Assembly (NCBI GenBank): GCA_024346625.1
Contig: AP024664.1
Coordinates: forward strand, 1,240,001 to 1,304,000
DNA length: 64,000 nt
Reading direction: 5' to 3'
Origin: Williopsis jadinii
Lineage: Eukaryota
The notes beneath the pieces are model-generated. The model was not told the DNA's origin, made no database searches, and saw only the letters and a list, made by a program, of their open reading frames with translations. Positions 44,316 through 53,060 of the stretch are shown here, piece after piece (the stretch's first letter is position 1; every line of letters starts with the position of its first letter). The translations under genes and the position numbers were made by a program.

Positions 44316-45196
44316 ATGATCCGAAGATTGTGTGAAACGCACGCGCACCAGAAGCCTATTCAGAATTGGGAGGCTACTCAACGATGTAAACATATACCAT
44401 CAGTTTAAGGGAAGAGAGCAACACAAAGGTCAGATAGTTCAACGTGACAAGAATTGCTGGTGGTGGTGTTGCAATTGGTTTTCGGACTACAAATAGATGC
44501 AGATACTCTGAATGCTGTGCCGTCTCTAGATTCCGGCTTTTATGAAGATCTTCTGTTGACAAACTTCTAGGATAATATTCCGAAGGTTCCAACGCCGAGC
44601 GGAATATCACGAGGCTATGAATGAACTCGCTAACCACTTCCTCCACTGAGCTCCTCTGTGCGTTTGAGCGAGATGAAGAGATATTTATACCTTAACGGCT
44701 CTAAAAAGGGCACTCCATTTGACATGTAGGCATAGTGATGATGATGGATGCGCTAACTTCAAACTTTGCTATCGGCCAATTCGAGCACTTCCGAGAGTGC
44801 TATCTTGACGAGTGTCACCTATGTAATACGCTAAAAGAACCTCTGGATGGCCTGTTAACTCCTGTCCACAACAACTTGTTCGTTCTCCGAGAACACCGCG
44901 TCCACTCGCCCCATCTCTTCCCATCTCTTCGGCCTCGTGTTCTTAAGGCAAACTGTAAGGCTTCAGACTCATCAAATCCTCCATTTCGCCTTTCATTCGC
45001 TTGATTTCTATAAAAGAGCATGAGTTATCAAGAGCAAAGCGCGAGCGTATCATAAGACATGGACATGCATATTCAATGGATAGATCTGAAAGTTTAAAAC
45101 CGAGCTTGCATAGTCGATAAGGGTATAAAAAAGTCGGACAAGACGCTATTTTTACCTACTGTTAGGATACGTTTCGTCAGCGACAGGACACGTTGA

Positions 45197-46882
45197 ATGC
45201 TAAAAGATAAAACAGGAAAGGCACCTGCAAACAAGGACATCAAGTTTGTGGATCAAACTTCAGAGACCATCGACCTCCTTCAAAATGGCCGTCCTGCGAT
45301 ACCGGGAACTTCAGTGTTCAGCTGCAAACCAAAACGACGCAAGACAGAACAAACCGTGAGTCCTTCCGACAATTACGAGCAAATGCTGAACATGCCGTTG
45401 ATATTCACACAGGAGATGTGCAGCTTGATCCGCTCGCCGGGGGCGTATGGGTTACCTGGTCTTGAAGAACCATCAGTTGATAAGAACTTTGATTTTTATG
45501 ACGAGGGTTTTGACAAGCAGAATACGGAAGGCGCTGGTTCAAGCGACGGTCCCAAAGGGGATCAAGTGCCACGCATTACTGGCGAAGGGAACAATGTGAC
45601 GTCCCCGTACAACGATCAGAACGAGTTCTGGCTGATAATGTATTTCACCAGGACCATGTGTCAGTTCTATTCCCTAAAGTCCCCAGATTGGACCATATAC
45701 GCATACATGGGAGGCAGGCTTGCCTCTCAGTACTTGCCATTGAAATACGCCATACTTTCGTGGACTGCTCTACATTATGCGACTGTTAATGGCTCATCAA
45801 AGGATGTTGCTCAACAGTACTATAATGAGGCTCTAAACGTTGTGATGCGTGAAGAGTTCATAGGTGGTAAAGTTCATGTTGAGCTTCTTCTCACCACTTG
45901 CTTTTTTTTATTGCAATTTGATATTGCAATGGGGACCAGACAAGCAAAGAGAATATTACGCCACGTGTGGTCGAAGCTCCAAATTGGACGATTTTTTGGA
46001 GACATTGATCAGTCCTCAAGACCACAGCTTAGTCCGTATGGGTATCAGATCCTATATTTCATATTACACATCGACATAAGATCTTCATTATTTACTGGGA
46101 ATATAAGCTTCCCAGACTATGTTATCATACCAAAGAATCAACGCAACGTCAATATTGAGTACTTGACAACTTCAAAGCTTTATGATGACAAAGCCTCCGA
46201 CATTGCATGGCAAACTAGGGGAGTTTCGAGTGACATATTCGGAAAGGACTATCCTAAATCTTTTACAGATGATGACACGCTACTAGATCACATTCTTGTC
46301 ACCACCATGAGGAATATAATGACACTTGGTCGAGTCATCAGATTAAGAAACTGGCTTGATCAGTGTGGAAACTCGACAGAGTTTGACTCAGAGTCATTTC
46401 AACAAGAAGTTGATGAGTTGGTTAGTGAGAATGAACAGTTATATGAGACTTTCAAGAGCACAAAAATGTCTGGTAGGAACGTTCAGTCATCAATGCTTAT
46501 ATGTAACGCTCTGGTATACTGTGCAGTGATCCTACTAGACAGGCAGATCCATCCGAATATCAAGTCCAATGAGCGTTCTCAAGATGCTGCGAAAGAGATC
46601 ATCAAGATTGCAGTCAAGTTAAACACTATCAGGGATTCACAATACCCAAGGTCTCAGCTTTGGCCTTTCCCACTTTTGATAGCCGGAATAGAGACAACGG
46701 ATCCTATTTATCAGGCGTGGGTGCTCGACGCATTTAAAGAGTACAGCACCAAAGGCTGGGGAATACATATTACAAAAGCAGTTCGTCTCTTAGAGGAGTG
46801 TCTTCGTAGACAAGGAGAAGAGGACGTACGTGTTGACGTAGGAGAGGTGATGATGAATGTGACTGGTGTATTTATCATATGA
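45197..46882 (+). CDS. Fungal-specific transcription factor domain protein (Fungal_trans_2-like); no visible Zn2Cys6 domain
   Basis: PLKYAILSWTALH, HIDIRSSLF and LWPFPLLIAGIETTDPIYQAW; in-frame TGA directly before the ATG. Confidence 0.75.
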   Translation: MLKDKTGKAPANKDIKFVDQTSETIDLLQNGRPAIPGTSVFSCKPKRRKTEQTVSPSDNYEQMLNMPLIFTQEMCSLIRSPGAYGLPGLEEPSVDKNFDFYDEGFDKQNTEGAGSSDGPKGDQVPRITGEGNNVTSPYNDQNEFWLIMYFTRTMCQFYSLKSPDWTIYAYMGGRLASQYLPLKYAILSWTALHYATVNGSSKDVAQQYYNEALNVVMREEFIGGKVHVELLLTTCFFLLQFDIAMGTRQAKRILRHVWSKLQIGRFFGDIDQSSRPQLSPYGYQILYFILHIDIRSSLFTGNISFPDYVIIPKNQRNVNIEYLTTSKLYDDKASDIAWQTRGVSSDIFGKDYPKSFTDDDTLLDHILVTTMRNIMTLGRVIRLRNWLDQCGNSTEFDSESFQQEVDELVSENEQLYETFKSTKMSGRNVQSSMLICNALVYCAVILLDRQIHPNIKSNERSQDAAKEIIKIAVKLNTIRDSQYPRSQLWPFPLLIAGIETTDPIYQAWVLDAFKEYSTKGWGIHITKAVRLLEECLRRQGEEDVRVDVGEVMMNVTGVFII

Positions 46883-47058
46883 ATGAAGTTCAACATCAGC
46901 AAGAGACTGTAGGGAGTTGGCAGGATACTTGGGGTAAGTGTCTGAAGGAGGCCACATGCTGATCGCTTAGGTCATGCCTTTCAATAAATAATGGGTATAG
47001 CTAGTACTAATGTGAAGAGTCACGGAAAAAAACGGTTTATTGAAGGTCTCTCTATTCC

Positions 47059-48009
47059 TTATTTAACAGGATTGAACTCTGCATCACTGTAGTAGACGTC
47101 AATACGCCACTTGGAGTTGAGATATCTCTTAGTGGTGGTCTTGCTAATGTTATTAATGAGTTCAACGTCTTGATCACTGAGCTTGACTGTTTTCAAGTTA
47201 GCCTCAATACGGCTGTCATTAGTTGATTTCGGAAGTGGAACTGTTCCTCTAGCAATGGCCCAACTGATGGCAATACAGGCCGGTGACACTTGATATTTCT
47301 CAGCAACACTGACCAAGATAGGTTCATTAAGCAATGGAGCACCAGTAGATCCAAGAGGCGAGAATGCTTCAACAACGATGCCATGTTCTTTGCAGAAGTC
47401 AACCAAGTCCTGCTGTGGAAGGTAGGGATGAATCTCACACTGAACCACCGCTGGTGGTATTTCACTAACTTCAAGCAGCCTTTGCACTTTCGGAACGTTA
47501 AAGTTACAAACACCTACAGATCTGGTGTATCCTTTCTTGACAAAGGTTTGCACTACCTTGTAGGCATCGATGTAGCTGAGCTTTTCAAATGGAATGTGCT
47601 TTCTGAATCCGTCCTCGTCAACTGGTTTTAAACCTTCGCCACTAACCTCAGCCAAAGAATGGTGCATCAGGTACAAATCAACGTAATCCAGCTGAAGTCT
47701 TTCTAAGGACCCCAAGATCGCTGTTTCAGGGTCGTGATAATCGCATGGGCATAGCTTGGTAGTAACGAAGATATCTTCCCTCTTCACATCGTCAGATTCT
47801 TTGAGGAAATCATTGATAGCCTTTCCAACGGAGGCCTCGTTTAAGTAGATTCTGGCGGTATCGATGTGTCTGTAGCCAACATTCAACGCATGCTTGACGG
47901 CGTTGTAGCAGTCTTCCGGTGATGATTTCCAAGTCCCAAGCGCAACAGCTGGAATGACAAAGCCACTGTTCAGCTTGAAAGTATCTCTGTTGATTTCTGG
48001 TGCAGTCAT
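47059..48009 (-). CDS. Aldo-keto reductase (Gcy1/Ypr1-like)
   Basis: IPAVALGTW, GYRHIDTARIY, FVTTKL, DLYLMH and PLPKS. Confidence 0.92.
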   Translation of the reverse strand: MTAPEINRDTFKLNSGFVIPAVALGTWKSSPEDCYNAVKHALNVGYRHIDTARIYLNEASVGKAINDFLKESDDVKREDIFVTTKLCPCDYHDPETAILGSLERLQLDYVDLYLMHHSLAEVSGEGLKPVDEDGFRKHIPFEKLSYIDAYKVVQTFVKKGYTRSVGVCNFNVPKVQRLLEVSEIPPAVVQCEIHPYLPQQDLVDFCKEHGIVVEAFSPLGSTGAPLLNEPILVSVAEKYQVSPACIAISWAIARGTVPLPKSTNDSRIEANLKTVKLSDQDVELINNISKTTTKRYLNSKWRIDVYYSDAEFNPVK

Positions 48010-48238
48010 CGAAGGAATCGTTGGTGGTTTATTGCACCTCTATCTCACAATCAGCGGCCAACGTCATAAAGGGAATCTATATATATATTTATCCTAGGAC
48101 ATGGGAATATTGGCTCATGGCTTGTTCAGTGTATGATACCAGAGTTACTACTTCACCAATCTGGTAGATTCCTTAGAACAGACAGCGCCACGCTTTGATA
48201 CTTGAGGTTTGTTGTGTAGCGCTGGTGTTCTCTCCGAT

Positions 48239-48333
48239 TTCCTAATTGGGGGTGCAACGGTCTTTCTGCATTGGGAGCTGCGGAGGCTACTTTCCGGGAC
48301 GAAGACTTCCTAATCTGGAATCCGTAATTGGAT
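48239..48333. promoter_or_regulatory. TCC-N6-GG sites in the AKR/ureohydrolase divergent promoter
   Basis: TTCCtaattgGGGG 48239, TTCCtaatctGGAA 48307 and ATCCgtaattGGAT 48320. Confidence 0.6.
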
Positions 48334-48477
48334 GAGACGTTGTTCTCATTGTATCAAGTCCTTATCTCGTTTGTTGATTGAATTCCATTTTGGACATCCA
48401 TGATGTATATAACATGGGGTGACTTTGCTGAAATCTAATGCCCTTTCCACTGGTCGCCACCATATCTCAGAAGAACA

Positions 48478-49557
48478 ATGACCGCCTCATCGAGAGACCC
48501 CCAGGCTACCCTCGAAGACAAGTGGGGAGCCGGTCCTGGCTTCTCTGGCATTGTAACCTTTGCCCATTTTGAAACATGTCGTGCTCTTTTAGAGCCAGAG
48601 AAGAAGTTTGATATTGGTATTATTGGTGTTCCCTTTGATACTGCAACCAGTTACCGTCCAGGTGCAAGATTTGGACCAAGTGCCATTCGTCAAGCTTCGC
48701 AACGCCAAAGTGAGAAGCGTGGATACAACCTGAGAGCTGGCTACAATCCATATAAGGAGTGGGCCACTTTAATGGATTGTGGTGATATCCCTGTCACGCC
48801 TGTGTGCAACGAGGTTGCGTTAGAGCAAATGACTGATGCCTTTGAAGAACTTGTTTTGCGTCGTCAGTCTGCCGCCATGCCAAACTATCCTCCAAGATAC
48901 ATTGCACTTGGTGGTGATCATTCCATCATTCTTCCACATCTAAGGGCACTTCGTAAAGTGTATGGCCGTGTTGCTGTTATTCATTTTGATGCCCACTTGG
49001 ACACATACAACTCATCCAAGAAGAATGGGTATTGGGATTCAGAGAAGACCAGATTCACCCATGGCTCAATGCTGTGGATGGCTTGTGAAGAAGGTTTGAT
49101 CAGTGAGGATTATAATGTGCATGTTGGTTTGCGTGCACGTATTGGTGGGAAGGATATGGATGATTATCACGAGGATACTAGCCAAGGATGGATGAGATTC
49201 AGCACTGATGACATCTGGATCAACGGAGTCCCAGCTATGGAAAGCGTGCTTAAGAAAATCAAGGACAGAATCCCAGAAGGTTATCCAGTTTATATCTCGC
49301 TCGATGTTGATTGCATGGATCCAGGATTCGCACCAGGAACAGGTACCATGGAGCCTGGTGGATTAACCCCTCGAGAAGTCATCTATCTACTCCGTGGAAT
49401 GGACTTCAACCTTGTTGGAGGAGATGTTGTTGAAGTGTCACCACCATATGATACCTCTGAAATAACAGCTACTGCTGCATCTCAAGTTGTCTACGAACTG
49501 ATCACTACCATGGTTGAAAAGGGCAAACCCGAAATTCCACTGTTGAGAAAGAATTAA
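48478..49557 (+). CDS. Ureohydrolase (agmatinase/guanidinobutyrase GBU1-like)
   Basis: GVPFDTATSYRPGARFGP, GGDHS, HFDAHLD, THG and SLDVDCMDPGFAPGTGT (binuclear Mn ligands). Confidence 0.92.
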   Translation: MTASSRDPQATLEDKWGAGPGFSGIVTFAHFETCRALLEPEKKFDIGIIGVPFDTATSYRPGARFGPSAIRQASQRQSEKRGYNLRAGYNPYKEWATLMDCGDIPVTPVCNEVALEQMTDAFEELVLRRQSAAMPNYPPRYIALGGDHSIILPHLRALRKVYGRVAVIHFDAHLDTYNSSKKNGYWDSEKTRFTHGSMLWMACEEGLISEDYNVHVGLRARIGGKDMDDYHEDTSQGWMRFSTDDIWINGVPAMESVLKKIKDRIPEGYPVYISLDVDCMDPGFAPGTGTMEPGGLTPREVIYLLRGMDFNLVGGDVVEVSPPYDTSEITATAASQVVYELITTMVEKGKPEIPLLRKN

Positions 49558-49921
49558 CCGACTTCAACGCTCCTTCTTGCTTAAATGGGGAGTTTTCGGC
49601 TGTGCTGATCGTTCAAATTGAACTAATACTACACATCGCCCACCACTGGTGTAATGGTTGTTCATACAGCTTAGACATGGACCCAGGCCTTTTGGCTTCA
49701 CATCAGCTTCATTGTCCTTGGTTCCCTATATATTAGTTTTAAAAATGAAAGCAATTAGTACGCAAATACTTTTCAAGTAAAGAGAAACACACAACAGTAT
49801 TAGGAACTAGGAGAGATCCAGTTCGCCAGCAGACAGTCTTTCGGTGTGTATATCATGACTTCTTGATAAATCAAGCCAACGTTGATAGCCCTCTCCTATG
49901 AATTTTTCAAAAAAAATAATC

Positions 49922-49994
49922 TGGACGAGACCGGAGTCGAACCGATGACCTCCTGCTTGCAAGGCAGGCGCGCTACCAACTACGCCACTCGCCC
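49922..49994 (-). tRNA. tRNA-Ala(TGC)
   Basis: GGGCGAGTGGCGTAGTTGGTAGCGCGCCTGCCT-TGC-AAGCAGGAGGTCATCGGTTCGACTCCGGTCTCGTCCA; G3:U70 pair; downstream T-run. Confidence 0.96.
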
Positions 49995-50343
49995 GTAACG
50001 TTGAAAAGTAGAAAACATGTGTTGGTTAAGTGCTGAAGAAAACAATACAATTCTCGTAGAGGAGCCCTTGACCAAGTGCGTTCTCTTAGTTTCTTGACTT
50101 TAAACCCAGCTCAACATCTAATATCGACTAGGAGATTGTGTACACCGAAGCTCTGTATAGGTGTGCTTTGACAATGTTTGTAATTCACCGTATACAAACA
50201 ATTGAACGAGTTGTTGTGTTTTGCTACAGCTAACACAGGCGTTGTTATTTTCTCGAACTTCAAACAAACACTTTTTGGGTTTCCACGTTGTTGATCTCTA
50301 GCACTGTTGCATCCCACAACACCACAACAACACTTTAGCCAAC

Positions 50344-51225
50344 ATGTCTGATGAATTACTGTCGATGTTCTTTGATGATGAGTTTGTTCCACACGCTTAC
50401 CTGGATGCCGTGTATGCCCAGAGTGCTGCGTCAAGTGGTGGTAATAACCTGACTAATCTGAAGTACATCCAACAACTCCAGGAACGGTCGGCGATTCTTC
50501 TGACACACATGGATTACTATACGAATGAACTGACGAATGAGTTGGAGTCACAAATCTCAAAACTGTACAACTGCAATTCTATTGTTTCCTATTCCTATGA
50601 CGCCAGTGTGAAGGGGAGTATAGGCCCTTCAAACAACCTAAAGCCGACAACGAGATTGGAGTACTACATTGACTCCTTGTCAATATCTATACATTCGCTT
50701 AACGACACAATCGCTGCCATTGGTACGAAATTAAAGGAGAATAAAGACCAGGACTCAGAGGGCCCTTTTAAAGGTATAAATAAGCTTTTACTGTTGACTA
50801 GGGCCAAACAAAATTTGCTCGAGGTTCAAAATGCACTTGAGACGATCAAGTCTGTTGTATCAATTGCTTACGATGAAAGCAAGTCAAACACTAAGAAATC
50901 TCGTGTTGCACCTACTGGCTCGAAAAGCAATGATGAATCGACTATTCAAATAACGCCATCAGAGTTACAGGAATCGTTGAATGTCCTGTCTGAAACAATT
51001 GTTGAACAACTCAAGAACAGACTAAAGACTGAGGATGAGTTCCAAGTGGACAAGGAGTTGTTACAAAAAGTGGATGACTTTTGTGATCTATTACCTGTTT
51101 TCAAGAGTTTAGGCGAGTTCAACACTGTGTACAGTGTATTTGCAAAGACTATAAAGTCAAAGAAAGACGAATACTTGGAAACGAAATCATTAGACGATGA
51201 ATTGAGTGCAAAAATTCTTAAATAG
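50344..51225 (+). CDS. COG7: Conserved oligomeric Golgi complex subunit 7
   Basis: LLSMFFDDEFVPHAYLD, LLTHMDYYTNELTNELE and RLEYYIDSL match yeast Cog7. Confidence 0.85.
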   Translation: MSDELLSMFFDDEFVPHAYLDAVYAQSAASSGGNNLTNLKYIQQLQERSAILLTHMDYYTNELTNELESQISKLYNCNSIVSYSYDASVKGSIGPSNNLKPTTRLEYYIDSLSISIHSLNDTIAAIGTKLKENKDQDSEGPFKGINKLLLLTRAKQNLLEVQNALETIKSVVSIAYDESKSNTKKSRVAPTGSKSNDESTIQITPSELQESLNVLSETIVEQLKNRLKTEDEFQVDKELLQKVDDFCDLLPVFKSLGEFNTVYSVFAKTIKSKKDEYLETKSLDDELSAKILK

Positions 51226-51232
51226 ACGAAAT

Positions 51233-52051
51233 TTACCCAAATCCTGCCCATTCAACAGAAAAACATTGTACGTTCTGATCTTCATCTGGATCTTGACTTC
51301 CAATTACCCATAGTTTCTTCACACCTGTTGCCAATCTACCACCTCCAACCATATTAACCAGGCCGATGTCTTCGTTCCATCCAACACAATTCACTATAAG
51401 ATGGGCATGGAACCTTAGTGGATCTCCTGGATATGCGATATACCGACCACCAAACCTTAGGCCTGGTGCCATGTAGTAGCCTGTTGATTTCAAATATGAG
51501 AATACTCTATAGGAGAGGGTATCTTTCCGTAAACCGGACAAGAGGTTCTTCTGTAAAAGGTCTGACTCTTCATATAACCTTTTGAAGAATACATAGCTTG
51601 GTAACCTTGAAGGGGTGTTATTCACAACAACAGTTAAACCTTGTTCAATTAGTTCCTTATCGTTGCTGCCACCTCTTTTCGTGACTCCGAGCCTATCCAG
51701 CTTAGCTTGATGTTCCTGAATCTTCCAACTCCTCTCCTTCTGCCTCGTCTGTTCCAACTCATGCTCGATTAACATGATGTCACTATCTGAGAGATGGTCA
51801 TATATGTCTCTAATGAAGCGGTCATCGGGCATCAACTTTGCATAGCCATGTTCCACCAGCCATAGTGCCTCCTCAGCCATCAATTGTAACGGCACGCCCA
51901 AGAACAGGTTCTGCTGTGGAGCAGCAGGCAGTGTACCAACTAGTGATCCCACAATACCCAATTGCCTTACATATTTGATGTCATCAATGTTGAACAATAG
52001 GAATGTCTGCCCAGCGACAACGGAGATAGAAATGGGCGAAGCTTGGGTCAT
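51233..52051 (-). CDS. SEN34: tRNA-splicing endonuclease catalytic subunit
   Basis: GTLPAAPQQNLFLGVPLQLM, GLRFGGRYIAYPGDPLRFHAH, GRLATGVKK and FSVEWAGFG. Confidence 0.92.
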   Translation of the reverse strand: MTQASPISISVVAGQTFLLFNIDDIKYVRQLGIVGSLVGTLPAAPQQNLFLGVPLQLMAEEALWLVEHGYAKLMPDDRFIRDIYDHLSDSDIMLIEHELEQTRQKERSWKIQEHQAKLDRLGVTKRGGSNDKELIEQGLTVVVNNTPSRLPSYVFFKRLYEESDLLQKNLLSGLRKDTLSYRVFSYLKSTGYYMAPGLRFGGRYIAYPGDPLRFHAHLIVNCVGWNEDIGLVNMVGGGRLATGVKKLWVIGSQDPDEDQNVQCFSVEWAGFG

Positions 52052-53060
52052 GATTATGCCTTTGGTCAACCGTCAAAATCCTCCAAAGCTGTTAGTTGCA
52101 TCAACCACAGATCGTCGTTGTACTTCGGCAACTTTCTCAAGGATAAGTACCAACGATGAGGTAATGGGCAGATTATGAAAGCTCTTGGTATTAGCAATTT
52201 TCGAAGTTACTGTGTGTATGCGATAAAAATTTCAATCTCCGAGGTATGTGTATTTCCCTTCTTGGACATAAAAGCGTCCGCATTGAAGAAATTGCAGATC
52301 GCCTATGGGAACGAACTATCTTGACAAGCGCATCCTACTTCTCATACCGAGGTACCTGCTTACCTAAGCAGAGATACAGGTAAGCCATATGCGTGCGCTA
52401 GTTCCAAGTCGTGGTGGCCTCCTCCAGCAGAGCTCGGCCATTCAGAGCCATTCTGGTCGTGTGAGACTGTAACACGTCAGACTGCAAACCATTCACCATG
52501 GTTTACATCACAAGACATCGAAGCGTCGATGGAATCTGTACATTGTAGATGATCGACTCTTCAACAAGATTGGTGATTTCTTGCTCCGTATAACAACCAC
52601 CGTGGGATCGTGCTGCGCCCACTAGGGCGCACCCACGCAGAGAGCTCTGCGAGCTTAGGGTTCAGGGCCCCGCGGCAGGTGAAATTACACACAGGCAAGG
52701 ACACATGCATGCGCTGCTGCTCCCTTTACACAGCCCACTTACTGGAAGTGACTTCCTTTTGGCTCCTCTCCAGCCTTAACGCCCTCTGCGATCACGAGAA
52801 TGGGATTTTAATTGTACTTTAACATGTACCAGAATTTTCTTGGTTTGCTGCTTTAGAAAGCTCTTGATAAGAAAGTATTAAAACGCTACCGATTTCCCTT
52901 GGTTTCATTGGAGGGTCGACACACGTTTGCACTTGTCCAGCTTCCCACAGAATCCCACATTTTTGATTTTCTTTGCTTACGCTGTGAAGTGCGTGTGTGT
53001 GTTTATAACTGTACAACAACAAAGGCATCCACTTTCACGCCAGGCTGAGATTCCAACACC

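Noticed and set aside
44735..45004. CHLC-containing ORF as the missing zinc-cluster exon
   Set aside because: Only one CxxC, lacking the six-Cys spacing and splice signals.
49686..49700. GCCTTTTGGCTT resembling the U2 snRNA 5' end
   Set aside because: The match ends after ~12 nt, with no GTGTAGTA branch-pairing sequence.
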